This document shows, in pieces, positions 9,849-20,586 of a stretch of DNA of 64,000 bases (position 1 is the stretch's first letter; each line of letters begins with the position of its first letter). Below the pieces are notes generated by a model that was not told where the DNA came from, did not search any database, and worked only from the letters and a program-made list of their open reading frames with translations. Origin of the DNA: Clostridiales bacterium (GTDB taxonomy: Bacteria; Bacillota; Clostridia; Christensenellales; UBA1242); assembly GCA_015069415.1 (NCBI GenBank), contig SVIQ01000004.1:17021-81020 (forward strand). The letters are read 5' to 3'. Made by a program: the position numbers and the translations under genes.

Positions 9849-10682
9849 ATGATTAACTGGTTTCCAGGGCACATGACCAAAACACTTAGAATCATGCAAA
9901 GTGACAGTAAACTTTGCGATTGTTTTGTGTACGTTGTAGATGCAAGATGTCCGCTTAGTTGTATTAATCCAGAATTTGTGAAAGTGGTTAAAGATAAGCC
10001 TATTTTGTTTGTTTTAAACAAAGCCGATTTAGTTGAAAAGAAAGATATTGAACGCTTTAAAGCTCATTTTGTTTCTCTTGGACATTCATGTGTTGCTCTA
10101 AATGCAACAATGAGTGGCACTTCTAAAATCATTGTAAACGAAATCAAAAAGATTTTTAAAGACCGCTTAGACAAAAACAAGGAAAGAGGCGTTAATTTCA
10201 TACTTCGAGCAATGGTTTTAGGAATTCCAAATTCAGGCAAGTCTACAATTGTTAACAATTTATGCGGTAAAGGTAGAGCTGTGACAGGAAACAAAGCTGG
10301 CGTAACCAGAACTAAACAATGGGTGAAAGTCGACGGAAACATTGAGTTTATGGACACTCCGGGAGTGTTGTTACCAAATTTTGAAGATGAAAGTCAAGCC
10401 TACAAACTCGCTTTCATAGGTTCAATTAAAGATGAAGTTTTAAATATTATTGACATTGCAAACCATCTAATTTCTGCATTAAATGAAATCGATGAGACAA
10501 TTTTAAAAACTAAATACAATGTAGATTTTAACTCTGAAACACTAGATATTGACATTTTGTCAATGATTGGTAAAAAACGAGGTTGTGTCATAAAAGGTGG
10601 CGAAATCGACACCGAGCGAGCAAGCAAAATTCTTCTCACAGATTTTAGATCTGCTAAACTTGGTAAAATTTGTTTGGAGTAA
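9849..10682 (+). CDS. rbgA: Ribosome biogenesis GTPase A (YlqF)
   Basis: INWFPGHM start. Circularly permuted GTPase motifs (LNKADL, GIPNSGKST, DTPG). Confidence 0.9.
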   Translation: MINWFPGHMTKTLRIMQSDSKLCDCFVYVVDARCPLSCINPEFVKVVKDKPILFVLNKADLVEKKDIERFKAHFVSLGHSCVALNATMSGTSKIIVNEIKKIFKDRLDKNKERGVNFILRAMVLGIPNSGKSTIVNNLCGKGRAVTGNKAGVTRTKQWVKVDGNIEFMDTPGVLLPNFEDESQAYKLAFIGSIKDEVLNIIDIANHLISALNEIDETILKTKYNVDFNSETLDIDILSMIGKKRGCVIKGGEIDTERASKILLTDFRSAKLGKICLE

Positions 10683-10685
10683 AAA

Positions 10686-11336
10686 ATGATAGACACTTTA
10701 AAAATTTTTAATCATGATTTAGAATTACTAAATGACAATATAAAAACAATCGCAGGAATAGATGAAGTAGGACGAGGACCTCTTGCTGGTCCGGTAGTAA
10801 CTGCTTGTGTAGTTATGCCTTATGACAAAATGCTAGAAGGTGTTTTTGACAGTAAAAAAGTAAGTAAGAAAAACAGACTTAGATTGTATGATGAAATTTT
10901 AAGTAAGGCAATGTCAGTTTCAATTTCTGTAAGAAATGAAAAAAGAATTGATGAAATCAACATCTTAAATGCGACTAAAGAATGTATGAAAGAATCGTAC
11001 GAAAAATTAATAGTAAAACCTGATTTATTGCTAGTTGATGCAGTGAAACTAAACATTGCAGAAAACGAAATGGCAATAATTAAAGGAGATGCAACTTCAT
11101 ATGCTATTGCATGTGCTTCGATTGTGGCAAAGGTGTATCGTGACAAAATGATGGAAGATTATGCAAAACTTTATCCAAATTATGATTTTGAAAATAATGT
11201 TGGTTATGGAACTAAAAAACACGTTGAAGCACTCAAAACATATGGAATTACGCCAATTCACAGACTTTCGTTCTTAAGTAAAATCATAGGAGAGGAAGAA
11301 TGCAAAAGATTGTATATGGAAAGAAAAGCGAAATAA
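10686..11336 (+). CDS. rnhB: Ribonuclease HII
   Basis: GIDEVGRGPLAGPVV active-site motif. Confidence 0.9.
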   Translation: MIDTLKIFNHDLELLNDNIKTIAGIDEVGRGPLAGPVVTACVVMPYDKMLEGVFDSKKVSKKNRLRLYDEILSKAMSVSISVRNEKRIDEINILNATKECMKESYEKLIVKPDLLLVDAVKLNIAENEMAIIKGDATSYAIACASIVAKVYRDKMMEDYAKLYPNYDFENNVGYGTKKHVEALKTYGITPIHRLSFLSKIIGEEECKRLYMERKAK

Positions 11337-11647
11337 TTGCTGGCGAATTTCTAAAGAAAAAAGGTTTGAAAATTCTTGAGTACAACTACAAAAACAAAAT
11401 TGGAGAAATTGACATTGTTGCAAAACAAAAAAATTACATAGTTTTTGTAGAAGTAAAGGCTAGAATGAGTAGAGCTTTTGGTGATCCTGCTGAAGCAGTT
11501 GACTTTAGAAAACAAGACAAAATTAGAAAAGTTGCGTCACTTTACTTAATGGAACATAATTTAATTGAATCAAATGTTAGATTTGATGTTGTAACAATTT
11601 TAGGTGATGAAAATCCTGAAATTAATCATATAATAAATGCTTTTTAA
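11300..11647 (+). CDS. yraN: YraN family (UPF0102) endonuclease-like protein
   Basis: GEIDIVAKQKNYIVFVEVKAR and RFDVV motifs. Follows rnhB as in Bacillus. Confidence 0.85.
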   Translation: MQKIVYGKKSEIIAGEFLKKKGLKILEYNYKNKIGEIDIVAKQKNYIVFVEVKARMSRAFGDPAEAVDFRKQDKIRKVASLYLMEHNLIESNVRFDVVTILGDENPEINHIINAF

Positions 11648-11657
11648 GGAGGAAATC

Positions 11658-12131
11658 ATGATTAAGACAGAAACTTTATTTACAGAGAAAATGCAAAAAG
11701 AATTGTCAAAAAAACAATTTAAACTTTGGTTATTTTTATTAATTTTTAGTAGTATTTTTGAATTTTTCACGATTATTTTAAGCTTTATGGGAGAAGATGT
11801 GTGGTCACTTCATTGCTGTAATTTAATTGTTGTTGTATTTAGCATAATTTGTATTCGAACTAATTTTAAAAATAGAAAAAATTGTGTTGAAAATAAAATA
11901 ATAAATAGTTACGAGTTTGACCAGGAGTATTTTTATGTTTCTACCACAAAAAATGGAGACAATCTTGGAAATATGAAAATTTATTACAAAGATATTATAA
12001 AAGTCAAGGAAACAGAAAATTATTTGTTTTTGTACATAAACAGAATAAACGCTTATCCAATCGACAAAGCTACAACATCTAAAGAAGATTTAATTTTAAT
12101 TAAAGGGTTAATAGAAAAGAGTAAAAAATAA
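11658..12131 (+). CDS. YcxB-like membrane protein
   Basis: AGGAGG RBS before ATG 11658. Two TM helices, then IYYKDIIKVKETENYLFLYINRINAYPIDK, typical of the YcxB-like family. Confidence 0.55.
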   Translation: MIKTETLFTEKMQKELSKKQFKLWLFLLIFSSIFEFFTIILSFMGEDVWSLHCCNLIVVVFSIICIRTNFKNRKNCVENKIINSYEFDQEYFYVSTTKNGDNLGNMKIYYKDIIKVKETENYLFLYINRINAYPIDKATTSKEDLILIKGLIEKSKK

Positions 12132-12153
12132 TATAAAAAATTTCAAAAAAGAC

Positions 12154-12182
12154 TTGCATTAATTAAAAATATATGATAGAAT
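12154..12182 (+). promoter_or_regulatory. rplS promoter
   Basis: TTGCAT-17 nt-TAGAAT with an upstream TGn. Followed by a ~55-nt leader (possible L19 autoregulatory leader, not verified). Confidence 0.55.
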
Positions 12183-12241
12183 AACAAAAGTATTGGCGGT
12201 CCGCTACAGTCCAATTGCAAGAACGTCAAGTAGGAGGTAAT

Positions 12242-12586
12242 ATGAATATTATTGACCAAATCGAGAAAGAACAATTACGCAACGACCTCACACCTTTCAA
12301 TATTGGAGACACCGTAAGAGTTATGGTTAAAGTCAAAGAGGGTGACAAAGAACGTATCCAAGCATACGAAGGCGTCGTAATCGCTAGAAAAGGATCTGGC
12401 ATTCGTGAAACTTTCACAGTTAGACGTGTGTCTTTCGGTTGTGGTGTTGAAAGAACATTCCCTGTTCACAGCCCAAGAATCGACAAGATCATCGTTACTA
12501 GAGCTGGTAAAGTTAGACGTGCTAAGATTTACTACATTCGTGATCTTTCAGGTAAAGCGGCAAAAGTTAAAGAAAAGAGAAATTAA
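12242..12586 (+). CDS. rplS: 50S ribosomal protein L19
   Basis: [36 protein letters not shown] before ATG 12242; the track start at 12215 lies in the leader. Confidence 0.95.
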   Translation: MNIIDQIEKEQLRNDLTPFNIGDTVRVMVKVKEGDKERIQAYEGVVIARKGSGIRETFTVRRVSFGCGVERTFPVHSPRIDKIIVTRAGKVRRAKIYYIRDLSGKAAKVKEKRN

Positions 12587-12607
12587 TTTTAACGCTAGTT
12601 TTAAATT

Positions 12608-12632
12608 AGATGAGTTTAACTCATCTTTTTTT
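12608..12632 (+). terminator. Intrinsic terminator after rplS
   Basis: AGATGAG-TTTAA-CTCATCT followed by T7. Confidence 0.7.
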
Positions 12633-12668
12633 ATTTTTCATTTCATCAAACAAATGTTCGATAAATAA

Positions 12669-12697
12669 TTGACAAAAAATGGAAATTGTGCTAAACT
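12669..12697 (+). promoter_or_regulatory. comM-dprA-topA promoter
   Basis: TTGACA-17 nt-TGcTAAACT. Confidence 0.55.
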
Positions 12698-12715
12698 CCC
12701 ACAAAAGAGGTAAAT

Positions 12716-14248
12716 ATGTTAGCTAAAATATTATCATTAGGTTTAGATGGAATTAATGGTTATCCTGTTGAAATTGAATTAGATATTAATGCAGGAATTC
12801 CTGGTTATGACGTTGTTGGTCTTGCTGACACTGCAGTTAAAGAGAGTAAAGAAAGAGTAAGAGCTGCAATTAAAAACAGTGCTTTCAATTATCCAATTAA
12901 CAAGATTATTGTAAATCTTGCTCCGGCAGACACTAAAAAAGTCGGAAGTATGTACGATTTGCCAATTGCTTTAGGTATTTTAGTCGCTGAAGGAATTTTA
13001 GACAACAAAAAACTCAAAGATTATGTAGTGCTTGGAGAACTTAGCTTAGATGGTGAAATTAGAAAACTAGACGGTATTTTACCTATGCTAATTTCAGCTA
13101 AACAAATGGGTTACACTAAATTTATCATTCCAAAAGAAAACGCAAGAGAAGCATCTTTTATTGATGGAATTGAAACTTATGCTTTGTCTACACTTAAAGA
13201 AGTAGTAGGTCTTTTTAACGGCACGTTAAAAGTTGAAAAAAATGAAAGCCAATCTTTTGATCTGGTTGTAAAAAATCATAATTTCAAACATGATTTTAAG
13301 TACGTAAAAGGTCAAGTGTCTGCAAAACGTGCAATGGAAATTGCTGCAGCTGGTGGACATAACATTTTACTCATAGGACCTCCTGGAGCTGGAAAAACTA
13401 TGATGGCAAAATGCTTTCCTTCAATTCTTCCCGACTTGTCGTTTGAAGAAAGTTTAGAGGTTACTAAAATTCACAGTGTTGCTGGCGTTCTTGATTCTAA
13501 GACTGGTATTGTTGTAGAGCGTCCATTTAGATCTCCTCATCATACGGCAACATTAATTGCTTTAACTGGTGGTGGATCAAAAGCAAAACCGGGAGAAATT
13601 AGTCTTGCTCACAACGGTGTACTTTTCCTTGATGAAATGCCAGAATATGCAAGAAACACTATTGAAACGCTTCGTCAACCTATGGAAGATGGCTACATAA
13701 CTGTTGCAAGAAATGCCTTGACTGTTCAGTATCCTGCTAACTTCATTCTAGTTGCAAGTATGAATCCATGTCCATGCGGTTATTACGGAAGTTCAACCCA
13801 AGAATGTAAGTGTTCTCCTGGCGCAATTCATAAATATTTAACAAAAATTAGCGGGCCATTAATGGACAGAATTGATTTGCATGTAGAAGTTGACAGCGTT
13901 AACTACGAAGATTTAACTACAGAGAAACTTGAAGAGCCTAGTGAAAATGTAAAAGAAAGGGTTAATAAGGCTAGAGAAGTTCAACTCGCTAGATTTAAAG
14001 GCGAAAAATTTTATTCAAACAGCAAAATGAGTGAGAAACACTTCGTTAAGCATTGTAAACTTGACCCTGAAAGTAGCAAGTTAATTGAAATGGCGTTTAA
14101 GAGATTAAACATTTCAGCAAGAGGTTACAACAGAATTCTTAAAGTTGCTAGAACTATTGCCGATTTAGAGGGTAGTGAAAACATTAAAAAGGAACATGTT
14201 TTGGAAGCAATTCAATATAGAATGCTTGACAAAAAGTACACGGTGTAG
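12716..14248 (+). CDS. comM: YifB/ComM family Mg-chelatase-like AAA+ ATPase
   Basis: Lon-like N-domain. Walker A GPPGAGKT. Cys cluster CPCGYYGSSTQECKC. Confidence 0.9.
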   Translation: MLAKILSLGLDGINGYPVEIELDINAGIPGYDVVGLADTAVKESKERVRAAIKNSAFNYPINKIIVNLAPADTKKVGSMYDLPIALGILVAEGILDNKKLKDYVVLGELSLDGEIRKLDGILPMLISAKQMGYTKFIIPKENAREASFIDGIETYALSTLKEVVGLFNGTLKVEKNESQSFDLVVKNHNFKHDFKYVKGQVSAKRAMEIAAAGGHNILLIGPPGAGKTMMAKCFPSILPDLSFEESLEVTKIHSVAGVLDSKTGIVVERPFRSPHHTATLIALTGGGSKAKPGEISLAHNGVLFLDEMPEYARNTIETLRQPMEDGYITVARNALTVQYPANFILVASMNPCPCGYYGSSTQECKCSPGAIHKYLTKISGPLMDRIDLHVEVDSVNYEDLTTEKLEEPSENVKERVNKAREVQLARFKGEKFYSNSKMSEKHFVKHCKLDPESSKLIEMAFKRLNISARGYNRILKVARTIADLEGSENIKKEHVLEAIQYRMLDKKYTV

Positions 14249-14251
14249 GCT

Positions 14252-15334
14252 ATGACAATTGATGATAAAAATATATTATGGCTAGATTTATTTGAAGGAT
14301 TGTCTTACTCAAAAAAGAGAAAAATTTTAGAAATTGTAGGAAGAGGCGTGGATGTTAGAAGCATTTTTCTTTCCTCTCCTCAAATTAAAGATATATTAAC
14401 CGAACAAGAGTTTAACAAAATGTCACTTTGCCTTTTACCTCAATTTTTGGAACAAAAATTAAAAACGTATGAAGATGCAGGCATTAAGTTAATAACATTT
14501 TTTAACGAAGAATATCCTTATTTATTAAAAGAAATTTCAACACCACCGTTATGTTTATATTGCTTGGGTAACACACAGTTGTTAAATTCTTTTTGCATTG
14601 GAGTTGTTGGAACAAGAAAACCAACCGATTACGGTACTGTAGTTACAAAGCAATTCGTTAAAAAATTGGTAGCAAATGACATTACAATTGTGTCTGGAAT
14701 GGCTGTGGGGATTGATTCAGTTGCACATAAGACAGCTCTTGAAGAAGAAGGAAACACAATTGCTGTTTTGGCTGGAGGATTCAATCATGTTTATCCGGCG
14801 ATTAATCAACCGATGTTTAAGAAACTTCAAGAAAACAATTTGGTAATAAGCGAAAACAATCCAAACACAACTCCACTTCCGTATCTTTTCCCAATTAGAA
14901 ACAGGATTATTGCAGGTTTGTCGCGCGGGGTTTTTGTTCCAGAAGCAGGAAAGAAGAGTGGCTCTATGAGAACAATCGAAGATGCTGTAGAATTTAATCG
15001 TGACATTTTTATTCTTCCCGGCAAAATTAATTCTCCTATGAGCGAAGGGACAAATTTATGTATTAAAAAATATTTAGGTTCAATAGTGTTATGTCCGGAG
15101 GACATTTTAGACAATTTTCAAATTGTTGACAAAGAAAATGAAAAAAATGTAGGTATTCAACTTGACATGGACGCTCAAATTGTATTAGATTATATAAAGA
15201 CTGAAAAGAAAACTTTCCAACAGTTAGCAGATTTAACTCATCTTCCAACTAACAAGCTTAATATAATGCTAATGGAACTCGAAATGAATGGTTTGGTGAT
15301 TAAACTTGCGAACAACAGTTATATAATGGCTTAA
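14252..15334 (+). CDS. dprA: DNA processing protein DprA
   Basis: GVVGTRKPTDYG and SGMAVGIDS Rossmann-like core. Sits in the comM-dprA-topA arrangement. Confidence 0.9.
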   Translation: MTIDDKNILWLDLFEGLSYSKKRKILEIVGRGVDVRSIFLSSPQIKDILTEQEFNKMSLCLLPQFLEQKLKTYEDAGIKLITFFNEEYPYLLKEISTPPLCLYCLGNTQLLNSFCIGVVGTRKPTDYGTVVTKQFVKKLVANDITIVSGMAVGIDSVAHKTALEEEGNTIAVLAGGFNHVYPAINQPMFKKLQENNLVISENNPNTTPLPYLFPIRNRIIAGLSRGVFVPEAGKKSGSMRTIEDAVEFNRDIFILPGKINSPMSEGTNLCIKKYLGSIVLCPEDILDNFQIVDKENEKNVGIQLDMDAQIVLDYIKTEKKTFQQLADLTHLPTNKLNIMLMELEMNGLVIKLANNSYIMA

Positions 15335-15377
15335 AAGGAGCGTTTGCTTCTTTTTAGAGTCTTTAAAAGGAGATACT

Positions 15378-17456
15378 ATGAAGTTAGTATTTATAGAAGG
15401 ACCAGGTAAGAAAGACACAATTGCAAAGTACTTAGGAAGTGATTATTTAATCTGTCCAACGAAAGGTCATGTTAGGGATTTACCGGCAAAATCGTTCGCG
15501 ATAGATTTTAACAATAATTTTGAACCAACTTATGAAATCATACCAGAGAAAAAAGCTTTGGTGGCGGATTTCAAGAAAAAAGCAAAAGAAGCTGAAGCGA
15601 TTTACCTTGCAACCGACCCGGATAGGGAAGGTGAAGCAATGGCTTGGCATATTGCAACTATTTTAGGTTTAGACGAAAATGCTGTCGTTAGAACGGCTTT
15701 TAATGAAATTAGTAAGAAAGCTGTAAATGAAAGCATAGCTAATCCAAAACCGCTGAATTACAATTTAATTAACGCTCAGCAAGGTCGACGCGTTCTTGAC
15801 CGTATCGTAGGTTATGAATTAAGTCCATTATTATCTAAGAAAATTAGAAGTAAACTTAGCGCTGGACGTGTTCAATCTGTAACCTTAAAATTAGTTGTAG
15901 ACAGAGAACGAGCAATTCAAAATTTTGTACCAGTTGAGTACTGGAACATCACTGCAAATTTAAGTAAAAATGGAGAAAAGTTTAAGTCTGATTTAACACA
16001 TTATCAAGGCAAAAAGATTGAAATTCCAAACAAAGACAGTGCGGATAAAGTTTTAGTTGATTTACAAGATGCCGAGTTTAAAGTTGAATCTGTTAAAAGA
16101 CAAATAACTTATTCAAAACCACTTGCTCCGTACATTACGAGCACGCTTCAACAAGATGCGGTTAGTAAACTTAAAATGACACTTAATTCTTACACAAAAT
16201 GTGCTCAATCATTGTATGAAGGAGTTATGGTTGAAGGCGAAGGTAAAACAGCTCTTGTAACATATATCCGTACAGATTCGACACGTGTTAGTACAGATGC
16301 TCAATTCATGGCGAGAGATTATATCTTAGAAAATTTTGGGAAAGAATATCATCCTGGTAAATTTAATGAATTTGCATCAAAAGAAAGCGCTCAAGATGCC
16401 CACGAAGCAATTAGACCTATTAATTTAAAGTACACACCAGAGTACTTAAAGGGCAAAATTGATGAGCAGTACTTAAAACTTTACACTTTGGTTTTCAAAC
16501 GTTTTGTTGCAAGTCAAATGTCTTATGCTCAATATGACAGTTTAACAGTTGACATAACTGCGAATGATTACAAGTTCCGTTCAGGTGGTAAAGCTCTGAT
16601 TTTTGATGGATATACAAGAGTTTATAAGGTGCAAGAAGACGAAAAGAATGGAATTAACATTCCAGCTTTAAATGAAGGTGAAATTGTCAAAAAAGAAGAA
16701 ATTCTCAGCGAACAAAAATTTACAAAACCTCCAGTTAGATTTACAGAAGCATCACTCGTTAAAGAAATGGAAGTTCAAGGTATTGGACGTCCGTCAACTT
16801 ATGCGGCAACTGTTATGACACTTATGAATAGGGAGTATGTTGTTCAAGAAAAGAAAGCTCTTGTTCCAACAGAACTTGGAATGATGGTCACAGATTACTT
16901 AGATGATTACTTTAAAGACATCATGGATTTGAAGTTCACTGCAGAAATGGAAAAGAAACTTGACGATGTAGAACTCGGAAAATACAAGTGGCAAGACATT
17001 GTTGCGTCTTTCTACACTGGATTTAAAGAAAATATGCAATATGCAAGCACTCAAATGGGAGTAAGCATGCCTAAAGCACCACCTGAGCCAAGCGATGTAA
17101 AATGCGACAAGTGTGGCTCTATGATGGTTTATAGAGAAGGTAAATTCGGAAAATTCTTAGCATGTAGCAACTATCCAACATGTAAGAACACAAAGAATTT
17201 AAACGAACCAGAAAACAAAGTTGAAGACAAAGGATTATGTCCAAAATGTGGCGGAGTTGTTAGTGCGAAGTACAGCAAACGCGGAAAACTATTCTTTGGT
17301 TGTGACAACTATCCAAAATGTGATTACATTTCTTGGGACTTGCCTTTAAAAGAAAAATGTCCAAAGTGCGGTGAAGGATTGTTTAAGAAATTTAACGCTA
17401 AAGGTGTGGCGACAGTAGTTTGCAACGCTAAAGGATGTACATATGTCCAAAATTAA
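15378..17456 (+). CDS. topA: DNA topoisomerase I
   Basis: TOPRIM (LATDPDREGE). Active-site region YIRTDS. Three C-terminal CxxC zinc ribbons. Confidence 0.95.
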   Translation: MKLVFIEGPGKKDTIAKYLGSDYLICPTKGHVRDLPAKSFAIDFNNNFEPTYEIIPEKKALVADFKKKAKEAEAIYLATDPDREGEAMAWHIATILGLDENAVVRTAFNEISKKAVNESIANPKPLNYNLINAQQGRRVLDRIVGYELSPLLSKKIRSKLSAGRVQSVTLKLVVDRERAIQNFVPVEYWNITANLSKNGEKFKSDLTHYQGKKIEIPNKDSADKVLVDLQDAEFKVESVKRQITYSKPLAPYITSTLQQDAVSKLKMTLNSYTKCAQSLYEGVMVEGEGKTALVTYIRTDSTRVSTDAQFMARDYILENFGKEYHPGKFNEFASKESAQDAHEAIRPINLKYTPEYLKGKIDEQYLKLYTLVFKRFVASQMSYAQYDSLTVDITANDYKFRSGGKALIFDGYTRVYKVQEDEKNGINIPALNEGEIVKKEEILSEQKFTKPPVRFTEASLVKEMEVQGIGRPSTYAATVMTLMNREYVVQEKKALVPTELGMMVTDYLDDYFKDIMDLKFTAEMEKKLDDVELGKYKWQDIVASFYTGFKENMQYASTQMGVSMPKAPPEPSDVKCDKCGSMMVYREGKFGKFLACSNYPTCKNTKNLNEPENKVEDKGLCPKCGGVVSAKYSKRGKLFFGCDNYPKCDYISWDLPLKEKCPKCGEGLFKKFNAKGVATVVCNAKGCTYVQN

Positions 17457-18747
17457 CATTATAGGAGCAGGACTTGCTGGTAGTGAATGCGCAATCTATC
17501 TAGCAAACAAAGGGCACAAAGTAAATCTTTACGACATTAAAACTAAGTCAATGACTCCTGCTCATTCGTCAAGAGATTTTGCTGAAATTGTTTGTAGTAA
17601 TTCACTCAAAAGTGATGACATCTCAACAGCATCTGGAGTTTTCAAAAGAGAATTGTTAGCATTGGGTAGCACTCTTATTAAAACTGCGTATGATTACAGA
17701 GTTCCAGCCGGACAAGCTTTGGCTGTTGACAGAGAAGAATTTTCAAAGAAAATTACAGAACTTATTAAATCAAATTCTAACATTACAATTCATTGCGAAG
17801 ATGTTGGCTCTTTTGAAGAAGATGCAATTACAGTAATTGCTACTGGTCCGCTTTCAACAGACAACATGTGTAACGCAATCAAAAAGAAGATAGGGGAAGA
17901 TTTCTTTTACTTTTATGATGCAGTTGCGCCAATCGTTAGTTTTGAAAGTGTCGATATGTCAAAAGCTTTCTTTGCATCTCGCTACGACAAAGGCGGTGCA
18001 GATTACTTAAATTGTGCAATGAATAAAGATGAATATTTGAATTTTTACAATGAATTAGTTAATGCAAAAACCGCTGAACTCCACGAGTTTGAAAAGAACA
18101 AAATTTTCGAAAGCTGTATGCCTATTGAAATTATGGCAAAACGAGGGGTTGACGGAATTAGATTTGGACCATTGAAACCGGTGGGAATTAAAAATCCACA
18201 CAAAGAAGAACGTCCCTATGCTGTTGTTCAATTAAGAAAAGAAAATGCGCATGGAACAATGTACAATTTAGTAGGATTTCAAACAAATTTAACGTTCCCA
18301 GAGCAAAAGAGAGTGTTCTCGTTAATTCCGGGACTTGAAAATGCTGAATTTTTGCGCTACGGTGTAATGCACACAAACAATTTTGTAAACTTTCCAAAAT
18401 GTTTAGATGTTTATTCAAGACTAATTTGTGACAATAATATATTTATTGCCGGTCAACTTAGCGGAGTCGAAGGATATGTTGAAAGCATAGCTAGTGGATT
18501 GTATTGTGCGATTAATATAGACAGAATGATTAATAAAAAAGAATTAATTTCGTTTTCAGCTGACACAATTTTAGGTGGGTTGTACAACTATTTAATTAAT
18601 GCAAATCCTAAATCATTTCAGCCAATTAATGCAAATTTTGGGATTTTAAATCCAATTGAGGAAAGAGACAAAGCAAAGAGAAATCTTGCGTATGGAGTTC
18701 GCTCAAACGAAGAAATAAAGAGGAAATTAGAAGAAATTAAGGAGTAA
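17443..18747 (+). CDS. trmFO: Methylenetetrahydrofolate-tRNA-(uracil54-C5)-methyltransferase
   Basis: INIIGAGLAGSECA. Family-wide similarity. topA-trmFO-hslVU synteny. Confidence 0.9.
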   Translation: MSKINIIGAGLAGSECAIYLANKGHKVNLYDIKTKSMTPAHSSRDFAEIVCSNSLKSDDISTASGVFKRELLALGSTLIKTAYDYRVPAGQALAVDREEFSKKITELIKSNSNITIHCEDVGSFEEDAITVIATGPLSTDNMCNAIKKKIGEDFFYFYDAVAPIVSFESVDMSKAFFASRYDKGGADYLNCAMNKDEYLNFYNELVNAKTAELHEFEKNKIFESCMPIEIMAKRGVDGIRFGPLKPVGIKNPHKEERPYAVVQLRKENAHGTMYNLVGFQTNLTFPEQKRVFSLIPGLENAEFLRYGVMHTNNFVNFPKCLDVYSRLICDNNIFIAGQLSGVEGYVESIASGLYCAINIDRMINKKELISFSADTILGGLYNYLINANPKSFQPINANFGILNPIEERDKAKRNLAYGVRSNEEIKRKLEEIKE

Positions 18748-18749
18748 AA

Positions 18750-19277
18750 ATGGAAATTAAAGCCACGACAATTATCGGTGTAAAGCGCGATGGAAAAACA
18801 GTCATTGCAGGGGATGGACAAGCAACTTTAGGTGAGCATATTATTTTCAAAGCCAATTCTCACAAAGTAAAAAGAATTTACAATGACAAAGTAATTGTTG
18901 GTTTTGCTGGTCGTCCAACGGAAGGATTCACAATGTGCGAAGAGTTTGAAAAAATGTTAAACAAGTACAGCGGTAGCCTACTTAGAAGTGCTGTAGAATT
19001 TTCTAAAAATGTGCGTTCGTCTGGTGGTGGCGGAGAATCTATGATGATTGTTGCCGATCATGACAATATGTATGTAATCACTAGTCAAGGAGACGTTCTT
19101 GAACCAGATGATGGAATTTGTGGAATTGGAAGTGGTGGAACTTATGCGTTAAGTGCGGGTAGAGCGTTGCTTTACAACACGGATTTAGATGCTAGAACAA
19201 TTGCACATAAATCACTCGACATTGCGTCAGATATTTGCGTTTACACTAACAAAAATTTTGTTTTTGAGGAGGTTTAA
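18750..19277 (+). CDS. hslV: ATP-dependent protease subunit HslV
   Basis: TTIIGVKRDGKTVIAGDGQATLG N-terminal nucleophile region. GSGG motif. Confidence 0.9.
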   Translation: MEIKATTIIGVKRDGKTVIAGDGQATLGEHIIFKANSHKVKRIYNDKVIVGFAGRPTEGFTMCEEFEKMLNKYSGSLLRSAVEFSKNVRSSGGGGESMMIVADHDNMYVITSQGDVLEPDDGICGIGSGGTYALSAGRALLYNTDLDARTIAHKSLDIASDICVYTNKNFVFEEV

Positions 19278-19278
19278 A

Positions 19279-20586
19279 ATGCTTACATGTAAAGAAATTG
19301 TAGCAAGTCTTGATAATTATATTATCGGTCAACAAGAAGCAAAAAGAGCAGTTGCAATAGCTCTTAGAAATCGTTACAGAAGAAGTAAACTTGCTAAAAA
19401 TCTTCAAGATGAAATTACTCCAAAAAACATTATTTTCAAAGGACCTACAGGGGTTGGTAAAACTGAAATCGCAAGAAGAATTGAAAAGCTAATGAACGTT
19501 CCTTTTGTAAAAGTTGAAGCAACTAAGTACACTGAAGTAGGTTACGTGGGCCGTGATGTAGAAAGTATGGTGAGAGACCTTGTTGAAGCATCAGTGCGTT
19601 TAGTCAAGCGTGAGCACTCTGAAAAAATAAAAAATAGCGTTCTTGTAACTGTTAACAAAAAGATTACAGATGTTTTGTATCCGTTAAAGAAACAAGCAAA
19701 ACCAGAAGAAATGGAAACGGAAATCTTCAAGGAGCAATTTTACAAAGATTTTGAAGCTGGTAAATTTGATAAAGATATCATCGAAATTGAAGTAAAAGAG
19801 CAACCAAAACAAATTAATCTTCTTGACGGCATTGGAGCTGAGATTAACATTGGTCAAATTATGGGAGGCATTGTAAAAACTCCTAAAATGATGAAAAAAT
19901 TAACAGTTGAACGTGCTAGAGAACTTTTAGTGGAAGAGGAAAGTGACAAACGTGTAGATCCTGACACTATCAACAAAGAAGCTATCTCAAGAGCAGAGCG
20001 TGAAGGAATTATTTTCATTGATGAAATTGACAAAATCGCAGCAAAAAAATCTAACAGTCAAGATGTTTCTCGTGAAGGAGTTCAAAGAGACATTCTTCCA
20101 ATTGTAGAAGGTACGGTTGTTAACACAAAATATGGTGTAATTCATACTGATTTTATACTATTCATCGCGGCTGGTGCTTTCCAAATTTCAAGTGTTAGTG
20201 ATTTGATTCCAGAACTTCAAGGTCGTTTCCCAATTCAAGTAGAATTATCAAGTCTAAACAAAGACGATTTCAAAAAGATTTTAACCATTCCTCAAAATGC
20301 AATTACTAATCAGTATACTGAATTGTTAAAAGTTGACAATATTGATCTTGAGTTTACAGACGATGCTCTTGATGAAATTGCACGCCTTGCTGAACTTGAA
20401 AATGAAACAAAAGAAAACATAGGAGCAAGACGTCTTCAAACAATTATGGAAAAACTTTTAGAAGACATTTCTTTTAATGCAAGCGAACAAAATCCTATGG
20501 TTAAAGTTACAATAGACAAACCTTTCGTTGACAACACAATGAAAGACATAATTCAAAGCCATGACTACAAAAAATACATCTTATAA
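19279..20586 (+). CDS. hslU: ATP-dependent protease ATPase subunit HslU
   Basis: GAGGAGG RBS before ATG 19279. IVASLDNYIIGQQEAKRAVAIALRNR. Walker A GPTGVGKT. The track start at 19189 runs through the hslV 3' end. Confidence 0.95.
   Translation: MLTCKEIVASLDNYIIGQQEAKRAVAIALRNRYRRSKLAKNLQDEITPKNIIFKGPTGVGKTEIARRIEKLMNVPFVKVEATKYTEVGYVGRDVESMVRDLVEASVRLVKREHSEKIKNSVLVTVNKKITDVLYPLKKQAKPEEMETEIFKEQFYKDFEAGKFDKDIIEIEVKEQPKQINLLDGIGAEINIGQIMGGIVKTPKMMKKLTVERARELLVEEESDKRVDPDTINKEAISRAEREGIIFIDEIDKIAAKKSNSQDVSREGVQRDILPIVEGTVVNTKYGVIHTDFILFIAAGAFQISSVSDLIPELQGRFPIQVELSSLNKDDFKKILTIPQNAITNQYTELLKVDNIDLEFTDDALDEIARLAELENETKENIGARRLQTIMEKLLEDISFNASEQNPMVKVTIDKPFVDNTMKDIIQSHDYKKYIL

Noticed and set aside
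12183-12241. Calling the rplS 5' UTR an L19 leader ncRNA.
   Set aside because: Only about 55 nt are available and I cannot reproduce the Rfam L19-leader structure by eye. It is mentioned only as a possibility under the promoter feature.
12226-12668. ORFs overlapping rplS and its terminator (12226-12417, 12275-12469, 12405-12668).
   Set aside because: They overlap a highly conserved ribosomal protein gene or run through its terminator hairpin. No RBS.
19189-19278. Longer N-terminal extensions proposed by the track for hslU. The same issue applies to uppS (28367), nusA (33359), ylxQ (34737), spoIIIAC (40836), spoIIIAF (42628), holA (48772), murI (51385), the lipoprotein (21635) and the WG-repeat gene (50399).
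   Set aside because: The extensions run through the upstream gene or promoter. Internal ATG or TTG codons preceded by GGAGG-type RBSs give N-termini that match the protein families.
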